Part shown: piece by piece, positions 44,701 to 53,800 of the stretch | How the letters are laid out: every line of letters begins with the position of its first letter | Numbering within the stretch: position 1 is the first letter of the stretch | DNA from: Candidatus Multivoradales bacterium | GTDB taxonomy: Bacteria > Acidobacteriota > Thermoanaerobaculia > Multivoradales > J023 | Assembly: GCA_965248925.1 (NCBI GenBank) | Contig: CBDFLE010000005.1 | Location: 1,504,001 to 1,568,000, forward strand | Direction: 5' to 3' | DNA: 64,000 nucleotides | Program-made: the position numbers and the translations under genes | Notes under the pieces: generated by a model | Seen by the model: only the letters and a program-made list of their open reading frames with translations | What the model was told of the DNA's origin: nothing | Databases searched by the model: none

Positions 44701-44861
44701 GGATCCACCCCAGCAGCCAACAGCTCGCGCTCGGAGAAATGGCGAATAGACTCCACCCCGGCGCGGATGTTGCGCCACAGCTCGGCTGGGCTGTCCGCGC
44801 CCGGGAATCGCCCCGACATACCGACAATGGCGACTTCCGAACCGTGGTAATCCTCTGACAT
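29739..44861 (-). CDS. Type I modular PKS, modules 5-7: KS-AT-KR-ACP, KS-AT-KR(O-MT insert)-ACP, KS-AT-KR-ACP
   Basis: Three KS (QTFCSTS, EAHGT, GH), AT serines GHSLG/GYSLG/GYSLG, three KR (YLITGGLGG...YAAAN) and ACPs LGGTSL/LGGTSL/LGGHSL. Start placed at ATG 44861 (MSEDYHGSEVAIVG), which has a GGAG/GAGG RBS and lies 22 bp after the upstream PKS stop. ~5040 aa. Confidence 0.96.
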   Translation of the reverse strand: MSEDYHGSEVAIVGMSGRFPGADSPAELWRNIRAGVESIRHFSERELLAAGVDPELMRQPQYVAAGTLVEQADLFDASFFGYTPREAEVMDPQHRLFLQSAVEALEDAALCPETFPGLIGVFAGSGFQSYVQNNLATHPELMELIGGLQLAVGNERDSLASTVSYKLDLKGPSLSIQTFCSTSLVAVHLACQSLVIGECDGALAGGVAISFPQGHGYVFQEGGILSPDGHCRAFDAQANGSVMGQGLGIVMLKRLEDALADSDSIYAVIKGSAVNNDGIERVGYTAPGLRGQSAVIAEALANAEVDPATISYIEAHGTGTQLGDSIEIAALMRAFGEVQGRQKCALSSIKTSIGHMDRASGVTGLICAAQALNHREIPPSLHFENPNPDADWDASPFYVNTTTKPWTTAGAPRRAGVNSFGLGGTNAHVVLEEAPPRTPATPSPRPWQLVALSSKTDTALTAAGQRLRDHLSAHPEFDLADVAHTLHLGRSAFNHRRIAVCQDLGDAVACLGGAEPSRLLTAYQEHRDREVVFLFPGVGDQFPGMTAGLYASEPVFQRQVDKCAELLLPLLGQDLRPVLFPSAGAEAPARPDFRQLARGGDGPAEPAVETFGNMALTHSAIIVVEIALARLLESWGLVPTALIGHSLGEYAAACIAGVLELRDALALTVRRAQLIEEQPPGAMLALPLPTAEIEALLGDELSLAVINGPAMGVVSGPESAINALESLLNNRQVACRRLQTSRAVHSSMMKPVAKELEALLGTFELKPPRVPYVANATGTWITDDEATDPAYWGRHLCQTVRFAQGLDEILQRDNAVLLEVGPGQSLGSFVRQHPDREASGERVVLATVSHGLLRQLDDSAFLLTTVGKLWLAGVEVDWVKFYGGERRRRLALPTYAFDNVSYWVPPAATAAVTPSTGAGKKSQIADWFYLPAWQAASVPRFSAPARGERWLIFCDRLGIGGRVAGALQESGREVVLVEAADDFSSGQDGAAWTLQPGRRDHYKRLCRGLKERDQLPSRLLHLWTVTGDNPVEPQALQELGYFSLIHLAQTFGGHYLTTSLDMMVISDRLHRVFDSDRLLPAKATLLGPTQIIPQEFPTLRCRSIDVVAAELAADGPRLQEFCAEVTAAGAVGQGRVAWRGGQRFRLEFTPLQVPAAAAGEVNLRHHGVYLITGGLGGVARVLADHLASTYQARLVLVGRSVLPPVGDWDEYLSEHGADNALSEKIRLVRRLEECGAKVLVLAADVADKQGMEEVLARLLDEFGELHGVIHAAGISDPAAFGVIQDITRQQAEWHFRPKIDGLRVLDEILAGRELDFCLLMSSLSTVLGGLGLVAYAAANAFMDSFCLSRQRGGGLSPWLAVAWDTWQLSPSQHQVIGKTIAEFEMSPSEGVAAFERLVSALPGPQVVNSTGDLQARLELWVERRGGADPTAANRPTAVYSRPNLQSAYMPPSDHLEAKIVEVWQRSLGIDKIGIDDNYFDLGGTSLTAIQVVSELQKELEVQLSPVFLFEAPTITELAKRLAAQTGPSKPLQEATPRPRTPPGGGSGAIAIIGLSCRFPGARDAEEFWRNLRDGVESVSYFTEEELAEAGVDPADYGREDYVAARPILEDSDLFDAEFFGFSPREATYTDPQHRLFLECSWQALENAGYDSLRCDGRVAVFGGSNISTYLMGHLQDPEILRWMVGLEASIANDRDSLATRVSYKLNLTGPSFTVQTFCSTSAVAIHLAVRTLLDGEADMALAGGVSLHVPQKTGYSFTQGEYVSDDGHTRCFDARGTGTVFGEGVGLLVLKRLEDAVADGDNIRAVIKGSAINNDGSLKIGYTAPSVDAQTAVVQRALDQAAVSADSLQLVEAHGTATPLGDPIEVIALSRAFRQHTSDQSFCALGSVKANVGHLDRAAGVASLIKVVLALEHQCLPPTLHFEQANPKLGLDGSPFYISTELQLWPAPAKGRRRAGVSSLGVGGTNVHMILEEAPPAAENPSREWQLLVLSARTAAALEQATSNLGQYLESRPTVELGDLAYTLQAGRRLFEHRRALVALDLKDAVAGLADGSRLETHAEVRRDRQVSFLLPGVGDHYPDMGLGLYRQEPAFRRTVDRCCELLRDELGSDLRDQLFSDVAEDSEPEGERSTKLDMRNMLRVRGADLGDGQQQSTVFAHLMVFVIDYAMAHLLFDWGVRPQALLGYSLGEYVAACLAGVITLEDALTLVCRRARLIDELPPGAMVAVPLPAAELEPLLGDDLVIAVVNGPSLQVVSGPLEAVVVLEVELQQRGVVYRRLAGSIAAHSPMMAAIATPLRELIESFELAAPQIPYVSNVTGTWIRPEEAVDPSYWIRHLCETVRFSDGLGQLLSSDSTLVEVGPGQSLISFAKQHPECDAARGARTASTLRALYNRQPDRAFLLASMGRLWMTGVAVDWAATHRLQRGRIPLPGYPFERQSYWLQTSAKAAPQSSVIERHLADLHKEAYDDWFYAPVWHREEAEDSAADSAEVVVGSGEREQQVTALLLAQSGVREVHTEPRGAGESLVAYVVPTELPAAVVEGERVQTWPNGMEVVCQGQTEAEHFYEDIFEKEIYRRNGIELRDGACVFDVGANIGSFTLFAHQACKDPLIYAFEPAPPLFDKLRLNIALNQVNARLFNFGIADRAAMAEFTFYPKSSGMSSFHADKEEEKEILKLMMERERDAGIKGVGELLGFADGLLEERFRSETFECRLRVLSDVIDECEVGCIDLLKIDVQKAELEVLAGLREEHWKLIRQIVIEVHDLEGRLEQIERLLQERGFQVVIEQDPLLKGSVLYNLFAIRDLPEPAPSIRHRQRRAFLRAVAKVEDATLVGALENGLREQLSEEQSVPAVVLLKALPRTSAGAVDSLALPSPEPAAGSGEGRPWWVMIDGQGLGLALAEQLREVGEEVVTVAAGDRFIRHAEGSYAINPGRRADYERLLTGHQVPCGVIHLWSVTAASQQPAEVAEVAAGLDLGFHGVILLTQTLADRGGFENVDLVLVSNRQFRVLEGDLVEPVKAALMGPCKVIPQEHENISCRMIDVALADFADPAAPAVPALAALLAAEIRAGEPADQIVAIRSAERWLRRYERQSTAVPTDGCPSWRREGVYLITGGLGGIAMALAEHLFRSVGARLVLLGRSTLPPREEWPLLVAAADTDTDLARKLRGVLALEAAGAEVLALSADVADQRAIGAAVAEALEHFGAIHGVIHTAAVPPQGLVQLKTRQLSAEILAPKVQGVLALEEALSTAPPLDFLLLFSSTSGITGGGPGQVDYAAANAFLDSYALLPSRHRRVAAIAWGEWQWDSWSQGLEGFHQEAQEFFRESRRRFGISFTEGMEAVERILSGDLSSMVVSTLEFQTLLEGSQDFSVNKMFDAIAESRQSQVASHSRPVLGVEYVAADSELEREIGDIWQRVLNLESVGIDDNFFDLGGTSLIGLQVVNEIKSALDVELSPVALYEAPTVRSLARLLNAEEEELESESAAESELRRRRECLRRQVERDDVAIIGMAGRFPGATDVDQFWSNLVQGVESISALSEEELLQAGVSAAELADPNYVRASAVIDDIDQFDAQLFGFSPMEASVLDPQQRLFLECSWEALEHAGYNSGSYAGLIGVFGGTNSSTYLFNNLVRSAQAETNPAMVLQAGISNTNDSLATRVSYKLNLTGPSVTVQTFCSTSAVATHMARRSLLDGECDIALAGGARIAVPHAVGYLFQEGGIESDDGHTRTFDARAKGALSSNGVAILVLKRLGDAVADGDTIYTVIKGSAMNNDGSLKVGYTAPSVEGQVAAVSAALLDAGVAAESIEYIEAHGTATELGDPIEVTALTRAYRRETAERQFCGIGSLKTNVGHMDRASGAASLIKMACAFHHQQLPPMLHFESPNPQIDFDSSPFYVQTEGREWCSNGKPRRAAVNALGLGGTNVHFVLEEAPAVAEAGLSRPWQLLLLSAKTESALAAATANLASYLGKSPQVPLADVAFTLQVGRRRLEHRQILVCRSGEDAREVLTKVSPRRLLTSISRASERPVTFLLPGLGDHYVDMGAGLYQQESAFRAAINQCAELLRPYLRLDIRSLLFSGAAVSDGEPEAAPDLRSLLGRDGADSAAASPIFRTDLAQPAVFVIEYALARQWMEWGIRPQAMIGYSLGEYVAACLAGVMSLDDALCLVALRARMIQELPAGGMLAVPLAEDECQAGLSGELSLAAVNGAALCVVAGPEEALQEFEQQLAGRGLESHRLQTSHAFHSSMMEPIARDLEELVASMVLKAPRIPFVSNVTGTWIEAEEATDPAYWARHLYRTVRLAKGLETLLAEPKRIYLEVGPGQTLGTLVRQHSGRDQAVVASMRHVHERRADQAQLLSALGRLWMAGARVDWQRLYVDESRHRVPLPTYAFTRQRYWIEPSTPPGASRSQWVDEGKKPDISDWFYLPGWKSSLPPQAPLEVAAADRDWLVFSDGCEFTQKLVVGLEERGCRVVTVQRGQAFRQLSPTRFVVEPRSPENYSELFAALDTFPGSILHAWLLDSAAAVDDFADRFASAQEVGFYSLLRLTRAIGQSGSNAPLDLHLLSGGVQSVTASEELEPEKATVLAAVRVIPQEYLNVTCRSFDLVLPAAGTPLEGRLVQCLTAELLAPTDELTVAYRDAQRWVQSFEPVRLEGAPKPTPRLRRRGVYLITGGLGGVGLQLAHRLVRDYEARLVLLGRSGLPAQDEWPQWLAAHAEEDPTSQRIQAIATLQSQGAEILLLQADVADAEQMRIVLGQVDERFSTLHGVIHAAGITDGASFQAVAQIGREVCESHFQPKVHGLYVLQQLLADRQLDFCLLMSSLSSVLGGLGLAGYAAANLFMDAFCHAHNRSSTQPWISVNWDSWQLDEAQHEIMGRTLARFEMLPEEGWEVFQRLIASIDGVSQIIQSTGDLRARFDQWVKLQDARDDTGGADRHPRPELVTVFVAPDGDSERSIAAIWESLLAIEGVGRHDSFFELGGHSLLGTQLFSRLRETFGVELPLRSLFELPTVAEQAEIIETLRWAAQADAEKADLALPAGMKEGTL
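36459..37230 (-). other. FkbM-family SAM-dependent methyltransferase domain embedded in PKS module 6
   Basis: FYEDIF, VFDVGANIGSFTL, IYAFEPAP, FTFYP, IDLLKIDVQKAELEVLAG and QIVIEVH. Confidence 0.9.
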
Positions 44862-44883
44862 GCCTCGATCTCCGTGGTTTCGT

Positions 44884-47800
44884 CTAGGCTTGAGGGCCGC
44901 GCTGGGTCCGCCCTCGGCGCCTTTGTTGTTGTGCTCTTTGGCGACGCGACGCTCCGCGCTCACGTCGCTGATCGAGATGCTCAGACTGATCTCCCGACTG
45001 TTCGACAAACTCCGTCATGGCCCGCACGGTCGAGGACTCGTAGAGCGCATACATCGGAATTTCCACTCTGAGCGCATCTTTCATGATGCGGGTCAAATCG
45101 ACTCCGAGCAGCGAGTTGCCGCCGAGTTCGAAGAAACTGTCGTGTACGCCGATTTCTTCGAGGCGTAGCAATTGGCGCCAAATGCCCGCGATCTGCTGCT
45201 CTAACTTGCTCGCTGGCGCCACGAACGAGACCCCTAGCAGCGGCCGCGGATGGAAAGGCCGCTCCCCTTGGTCAGCCCGCACCGCCTCGAGGATGGTGGC
45301 GACATTGAAATGCCGGCTGAGTCGCAACATGACGCGGAAGTCGACGGTCGACACCACCACCCGCGGCACCGGCACCGACAAGGTTCGTTCGATAGCCGTC
45401 ATGCCTTCCTCGAAAGAGACCCCGAACTTGCGCCGGTTTTTCTTGAAGAAGGCCTGGATCAAGGGGTCGAAACCCATCAGTCCTTCCTGCCACGCATCCC
45501 ACTGCCACTCCCCCCAGTCGAGAGCCAGCACCCGCTGGCCGGCCTGGGATCGAGCGACGGCGAAAGCATCAAGAAAGGCATTGGCGGCGCTGTAGTCGAC
45601 CTGGCCCGGACCGCCACCGGTGGCGGAGTTCATCGAGGAGAAAAGCAACATGAAGTCCAGTGGCAGCTGGGCTGTGACCTGTGCCAACACCAGAGTACCC
45701 TGGACTTTAGGGGTCAATACCGCGGCGGCGGCCTCGCGTGTGCTCAGCTGCATCAGCCCAGCGGCTGGCACACCGGCGGTGTGGAATACCCCGTTCAGGG
45801 TGCCGAAAGCCTCTAGGGTCTGGTCGACTGCACGCTGCATCTGCCGCCGGTCGGCGACATCGGCGGTGAGCACCAACACTTCGGCGCCCGCCTCTTCGAG
45901 GGCCATCACCTGGTGGATCTTGTCGGCCACGGAGCCCTCTACTTCTAGTTGCTCGGCCCAAGTCTCGCGGGTGGGTAGTCCGGAGCGGCTGAGCAATGCA
46001 AGGCGGGCACCGCGGGTGGCGAAGAGATGTCTGGCCACCGCCAGGCCGATACCACCGAGCCCGCCGGTGATCAAGTAAACCCCTTCTCGGCGCAGCGGCG
46101 TTTGGCCAACCCCTGCCGGCAGCTCCAGGGGCTCGAATTCTTGCACCCAACGGCGGCCGCCGCGCAGCGCGATCATCGTCTCACCCGCAGAGCCAGCCAA
46201 CTCGGCGAAGAGCTGCTCGAGCAACTCCCCCTCTTGCGGGCTGTCCGCAGGCGGCAGGACGACATCAATGCTGTGACAGGTGGTCTGCGGGTACTCCTGC
46301 GGGATCACCCGGCAGGGCCCGATCAGTGGCGACACCTCGACTCGCAGATTCTCCTCGCCAGTCACTGATTGCAGGCCATCAGAGACCACGGCCAGACGCA
46401 GCGCACGGTCAGCACAGATATCGCCCATCGCCTGGGCCAGGCTGATCAGAGGGTAGAAACCACGATCGAGAGCCGCCTCGATCTCGTCCGCCTGAGCGCC
46501 CGCCTCATCGCTCAAGCTCCACAGGTGAATCACCCTATCCGGCAGCCGTTGATCACTCTTCATCTCGGCGAGTAGCTGGCGGATTTGATCTTGCTGACAC
46601 GGATCGAGGGCATAGGTTCCGCGCCCCAGACGAGTGAACGACTCAGCGAGGGTCACCTGGGTAACCTGGAGACCGCCCTGCACCAAGCGTTCGACCAGCC
46701 GGCTGCCCAGGCCTTTCTCACCCCCCAACACCAAGCAAGAGCCGCCCTCGACCGCCGCGGCGTCGGCGTGCCCCTGGCCACTACTGACGCTGAAAGAGGG
46801 CACGGTCTGATTCCACACCGGAACGAAGAACCACTGCGAAGGCTCCGGGTTCTTGTCGAACTTGTCAAGTGAGACAGCCCCTTCCTCGGCGCTCTCCTCG
46901 GCCCCCGCTAGGGCCGCACCGCCGGCCTGAATCTGACGTAGCGATAGGGGCTCGATCCAGAACCGTTGGCGCTCAAAGGGATAGGTCGGCAGCGGTAGAC
47001 GGTGGCGCTCTTCACCGGCACTAAAACCACTCCAATCGATCCCCACTCCCACCGCCCACAGCCGCCCAACGGTGTCGAGAAGGAAGGCTTGATCTGGCCG
47101 CGTCTCATGTGCTGGACGGAGGGTCGGCGCGATCACCCGCGGATGCCCCCGCCGGCATTCGGGGTGGAGCTTGACGAACGAGCACAGCCCCTGGCCAGGG
47201 CCGACTTCGATCAAAGCTGCCTCGGGTTCTTCGAGCAAGGTCCGCACCCCGTCGGCAAAACGTACGGTCTCGCACATGTGGCGAATCCAATACTCGGGAT
47301 CGGTGGCTTGCGCGGGCTCGATCCAAGTCCCTGTCAAGTTGGAGACGAAGGGAATTTGCGGCGGGGCGAGCTGTGCTTCGCGCAACAATTCACGAACCTC
47401 ATCACCGATCTCCGCCAACAGCGGTGAGTGTATGAGGTGGTTGGCCGCGAGTCGCTGGCAGATCAAGTCGCGACTTTCGAGTTTCTGCTGCAGCGCGTCC
47501 AGCGCTGCTTTCGGCCCCGAGACCAACGACACCGAGGGAGCGTTGACCGCAGCGAGCGAGAGCTCGTCGCTGAGCAGTTCCAGCACCTCTTCCTCAGGCA
47601 AGGGAACCGCCAGAATACCGCCGGCGGGCATCCGCTCCTGCATCAAGCGAGAACGCCTGGCCACCAGTCGCAAAGCCCCTTCCAAACTAAAGACCCCGGC
47701 CAGACAGGCGGCAACATATTCCCCCATGCTGTGTCCGATCAGCGCTTGCGGCAGGATCCCCCAACTCATCAACAGTCGGGCCAAGGCATATTCCACAACA

Positions 47801-50800
47801 AAAGTGGCGGGCTGGGAGAAGCGCAACTCGTTCAGCGGGCCGGCAGCTTCGTCGCGCTCACCACCGCCGCGACCCAACAGGTGGCGCAGACTGGGCGGGC
47901 TCTTGGTGCGTGCCACGGCGTCCGCAGGCATGCCAGAGAACAGCAGCTGCCGCAGGTCGATGCCGTCAAGTTCGTCCTCGAGCAACTCTGCGCAGCGATC
48001 CACTTCTTGCCGAAACACCGCCTCTTGCTGGTAGAGGCCGGCGCTCATATCGAGGTAGTGGTCTCCGGTCGGGAAGAGGAACACTACCCGCGGCGGCATC
48101 TTTCTAGCCCTGCCGCAGGAGACTCCATCGGCATCCGGCGCGGCCAGCTGCGCCACCGCTTCTTCGGCGTCACGGGTCACGGCAAAGCGCCGCTGCTCGA
48201 ACTCACGGCGGCCCATCTGGAGGGTGAAAGCGACATCCGGCAGCGGACTCTTCGCAGTCGAACCCATCGACTCGCGCAACAAGAGCGACGCCAGCGACGA
48301 CGACGCGGTGTCTCGCGCCGCCACCGTGCGGGCCGAAATCGGCAGCAGCTGCCAGGCCCGCGAAACACCACTCGGCTGGCGCTGGGGCGCCTCTTCAAGC
48401 ACCACATGGACATTGGTACCGCCAACCCCGAGGGAGTTGACACCGGCGCGACGTGGCCGGCCATTGCTCTTCCATTCGAGCCGTTTGTTGTTAACAAAGA
48501 ACGGGCTCGCCGCGAGTTCGATCTTGGGATTGGGCTCTTCGAAGTGAAGGGTAGGCGGCAGGACTTCTTCGCGCAGCGCCAAGACCGTCTTGATCAAACC
48601 AGCGACACCGGCCGCCCGGTCGAGATGGCCAAAATTGCTTTTTACCGAGCCGATGGCGCAGAACCCGCATGCCTCGGTGCCGAGACGGAAAGCCTTGGTC
48701 AGGGCCGCCGCTTCCACCGGATCACCGAGGTCGGTCGCCGAGCCGTGGGCCTCGACATAGCCAATGCTCTCGGCCCTAACCCCGGCATGGTCGAGAGCCA
48801 TGGCGATCGCCTCCGCCTGCCCTTCGATACTCGGAGCGGTGTAGCCGATCTTCAACGAGCCATCGTTGTTGATCGCCGAACCCTTGATCACCGCGTGGAT
48901 GGTGTCTCGGTCGGCCAATGCATCAGCCAGCCGCTTCATCACCACCACACCGACGCCGTCGCCAAAGACCGTCCCCTGTGCTTTAGCGTCGAAGGAACGG
49001 GTGTGGCCGTCCGGCGAGTCCTGGCCACCGGGATCGAAGCGATAGCCCACCTTCTGCGGCACGCGGATCGAAACCCCACCGGCCAGGGCGATGTCGCTCT
49101 CGCCGGTGAGTAGACTTTGGGCGCCCAGGTGAGTCGCCACCAAGGAGGTCGAGCAAAAGGTCTGCACCGCCATGCTCGGTCCCCTGAGGTTGAGTTTGTA
49201 GGACACGCGGGTGGTCAGCGAGTCACGATCGTTGGTGATCGCCGTCTCTAACTCGCTGACCGAATCCATAAACTCGGGCGACCCCAACATGCCGAGCAAG
49301 TAGGTGCTGATATTCGAGCCAGCGAAGAGGCTGATCGCCCCAGCGTAGCGCTGGGCGTCGTAACCAGCATGCTCCAGAGCTGTCCAGGCGGTCTCCAAGA
49401 AGACCCGATGTTGAGGATCCATCAACTCGGCTTCGCGAGGGCTGAAACCAAAGAAGGCGCTGTCGAAGAGTTCCACCCCGTCGAGCACCGGCCGCACGCG
49501 GACGTAGTTAGGGTCCTTGAACTCCTCCTCCGGCACCCCGGCAGCCAGCAACTCCTCGTCGCTGAAGATGGAGAGGGTCTCGACCCCTGCCTCGAGATTG
49601 CTCCAGAATTCCTCGACATCCCTGGCGCCGGGAAAACGCCCTGCCATGCCGATGATGGCGATCTCCTGCCGGCCGTCTGTCGACGGCCTCTGGCGGCGAC
49701 GCTCGACCGCCGCCGCTAGCGCCGCGGTGGGCTGCTCGGCAGTCTGCGGCAGCAGTCGCTTGGCGAGCTCGCTGACACTTGGCGCGGCAAAGAGGAGATT
49801 CGGCGAGATCTGGCCACCGAACTCTTCCTGCAACGCCACCGTCACCTGGATAGCGGTCAATGAGGTGCCGCCGAGATCGAAGTAGTTGTCGTGCAGGCCA
49901 ACTTCCTCGACACCCAGGATCCGTTGGAAGATCTCCGCGATACGACGCTCGCCGAAACTTTGCGCCGCCACAAAGGGGGTCTGCAAATTGGGTCGGGCGT
50001 AGAGTGACGGGGACACGGTCTCGACCACCGCCCGGTGCTCGATCCACTGCTCCAGCCGGGTACCGAGATCGCTCGGGGAGTGCACCAGATGCGTCGCCGA
50101 GGAGGCCAGTACTCGACGGAAAGCCTCGATCCCCTGCTCCGCCGTCATCCCTCTGCCTTCTTCGCTCAACATCATTCGGAACTCGCCCAAGTCCGCCTCC
50201 GAACCGTGTTCGCGGAGTTCCCGCAGCTCGTCCCCGTGAACCTCCCAGATATCCCAATTGACGGTGGTCCAACGCCCCGGCGAGCGCCGATTGCGCTGCT
50301 CGGCGAAGGCGTCCATGAAGAGGTTGGCGGAGGCGTAAGCGCCCATGGTCAAGCCGCCGAGAACCGCTGAAGTCGACGAGAACAAGAGACGGAAATCGAG
50401 TTTGCGATCCGCCAGCACTTGCTCCAGCACCCAGAGTCCCTGCACCTTGGGACGAAAATGCGCTACACACTTCTCGCGGCTGATCTCGGCCAGCAAGCCA
50501 AAGGCTTCGGGCCGCACCAGTCCGGCGGCGTGGAGCAAACCATCGATCGTACCGAAGCGCTCCTCCGCCTGCTCGACTACCTGCTGCATGCGCTCCGGGT
50601 CGGCGACATCGGCCGCCAGCACCAACACTTCGGCACCGAGTTCTTCGAGACGCTGGAGTCGGCGGATCTTGTGCGCCAATTCATCGGCTATCCCAGCGTT
50701 GTCGACATACTCAGCCCAACTGTCTCTCGCAGGAAGCTCCGAACGGCCGGTCAAAATCAGCTTGGCGTCGAGTTCACGAGCGAGGTATTCGGCCAAGACG

Positions 50801-53800
50801 AAGCCGATGCCGCCGAGCCCACCGGTGATCAGGTAGACACCCTCTCGGCGCAGCTTGTCGAGGCCCTCGGGCGAGGCCAGCGGCGCCGACTCGAAGTCTT
50901 GCACCCAGCGACCGCTCGCGCGCAAAGCGACCATCCGATCCGGCAGATCCGCGGCCAGCTCGTCTCGCAGCCGCTCGCTGAGTGACTCGGCTTCGGTTAC
51001 TGAGTCCGTCACTTCGAGATCGATGACTCGACAGGCGACCTGGGGATATTCCTGGGGAATGACTTTGCAAGGCCCCAAAAGGGTCGCTTTCTCGGGCCAG
51101 AGCTTCTCCGTTCCGGCAACTGACCACAGACCATTTGCCACCACATCGATCGCCCAGGGCCGGGTCGCAGCGACTTCGCAAAAGGCCCGCACCAAGTGGA
51201 TCAGGCTGTAGAAGCCGCGCTCCTGAGTCTCTTCGAAGGGGCTCGACCGCACCGCCTCGGAGCCGCTTAAGCTCCACAGATCCACCACCCTCGAAGGTAG
51301 TCTGTCCTCGTTATGCAAGGTCTTTAGCAGATCCTGATACTGATCAGCCTGCCCCGGGTCGAGGACGAATTCGCTCGCGCTCTGGCGCTCGAAAGCGGCA
51401 CCCGCGACCACCGTCGTGACCCTGTGGCCCGCGCTCGTCAAGCGCTCGGCCAAGCACCTGCCCACGCTCAGAGCATCGGCCAGCAGCAGCCAGCTGGTCG
51501 CTGCCGCCGGCTCCTCGCCGCTGTTTGAGGGGTCACTCGGCGACAAATCCGTGGGCCGCCAAATCGGTCGGTAGAACCACTCCTCCGGATCTCCCTTGAC
51601 CTCGACCGCAGCCGTCCGCAGCCGCCCCTGCTCGGGGCCAATCCAGAAACGCTGGTCGGCGAACGGGTAGGTCGGCAGCGGCACCCGGCGCCGCTTCTCA
51701 TAGCGGTAGAAGGCCGTCCAGTCGATCCGCACACCGGCTAGCCAGAGCTTGCCCAGAGTGCGCAGCAGAAGATCTTGGTCCGGCTGGCGCAGGAAGGCCG
51801 CCGGCAGGGTAGCGAGCACCGGCTGGGCGGTCTGCGGGCTGTAGGCGGGATGCTGCTTGACCATGGACCCCAGGGACTGGCCGGGCCCCACTTCGACCAA
51901 CACTCGATCGCCGCCGTCGATCAACTTCTGCAAGCAGTCGTGAAAAAGCACCGGCCGGCACAGATGATGTGCCCAATACGCCGGATCCATAGCTTCTTCA
52001 TCAAGGATCCAACGGCCGGTGACATTCGAGACGAAGGGAATGCGCGGTCGCCGCAGCTCGGTCTTTTCGAGCAAGCGGGTGAAGGGCTCGACAATCGGCT
52101 CCATCATGTACGAGTGGAAAGCGTGCGACGTGGCCAGCCGCCGGCAAGCCACTTCCTTCGCCGTCAAGTGCTCCGCCAGCGCCGCGATGGCGGCCTCGGA
52201 CCCGGCCAGCACCGACATTGCCGGCCCATTGACCGCCGCCAACGACAGCTCGGAGCCGAGCAGGGGCTCGACCTCGCGCCGCGACAAAGGCACTGCCAAC
52301 ATCCCCCCCGGCGGTAGCTGATCGATCATTTGCGCCCGCAAGGTCACCAGCTCTAAAGCCGCGTCCAGGCTCAGCACGCCGGACAGGCAGGCCGCGGTGT
52401 ACTCGCCAAGGCTGTAGCCAGCCATCGCTTGCGGCTCACCGACCCATTCGATCAACAACTGTGCGAGGGAGTATTCGACGGCGAAGATCGCCGGATGCAC
52501 GTTGGCGGTGCGATTGAGGAGGCGGCTGGCGTCATCGCTCGGCACGCCGCCCCGGAGCAGGCTGCGCAGATCCGGCTTGGCAGCCTCGCCGCCGCCTTGC
52601 TGCGCCGCCGGAAAAAGGAGTTCGAGCAGCCCGTGGTCAAGCCACGGCACCAGCTTCTCAGCACAGAGATCCAAATGGCGGCGAAAGGTGGGCTCAGAAT
52701 CGTAAAGCCCCTGGGCCATGCCGACGTACTGATCACCCAGCCCCGGAAAAAGGAAAGCTACAGATCTGTTCGTTGACTGGTCGAAATAGCTGAACAGGCG
52801 CTGCGGGTCGCGCTGCGCCAACGCCGAGCCGAGATCCTCGACACTCTTGCCCACCAGCACCCGCCGGTGCGGCAGCAATCGGCGGCCGCGCTGCAGGGTG
52901 TGGGTGAAATCGGCCACCTCGGCCTCGGGATGCTGCTGCAGATGCTCGGCCAGGCGATCGGTCAACTGCTCCAGAGCCGCCTCCGTTTTAGCCGACAACA
53001 CCACCAGCTGGGCAGCCCGAGATGGGCTGGCCGGAGCCGCCGGAGGCGCTTCTTCGAGCACAAAGTGGACATTGGTGCCGCCGATACCGAGGGCGTTGAC
53101 CCCGGCCCGGCGCGGCGCCTCGCCGGCAGGCCAGGGAGTGAGTTCCGTGTTGACACAAAAAGGACTCTCGGCGAGGCGAGTCTCCGGATTGGGGCGCTTG
53201 AAGTGCAGGCTGGCTGGTATCTGGCTGTGGTGAAGGGCCAGCGCGGTTTTGATCAGGCTGGTCGCCCCGGCGGCGCGATCCAGGTGCCCCATGTTGGTCT
53301 TCACTGAACCCAGGGCGCAGGAGAATTCTCTGCCCACGTCGGCGAAGGCTTTGGACAAAGCGGCGACCTCGATCGGATCGCCGAGTTCGGTGCCGGTGCC
53401 GTGGGCTTCGACATAGCTCAGCGTCGCCGGCTCGACGCCGGCCTCCACCATCGCCGCCGCGATGACCTGCGCCTGGGTGTCGACGCTCGGCGCCGTATAG
53501 CCGACCTTCAGCGAACCGTCGTTGTTCATCGCCGTGCCCCTGATGACGGCGTAGATCTGATCGCCATCGGCTTGCGCTTCGTCCAACCGCTTGAGCACCA
53601 GCAACGCCACCGCGTTGCCCACCACCGCCCCCTGCCCCGCCGCATCGAAAGCTCGGGTGTGGCCGTCGGGCGAATCGATGCTGCCTGTCTGCCACTGATA
53701 GCCAACGCGATGGGGCACGGCAATCCGCACGCCGCCCGCCAGCGCGAGGTCACAGTCGCCACGGGCCAGACTGCGACAGGCCAGGTGATTGGCCACCGCC

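Noticed and set aside
44862-45008. ORF-track start of the second PKS at 45008
   Set aside because: It would overlap the upstream PKS by 125 bp. ATG 44861 has an RBS and directly precedes the KS.
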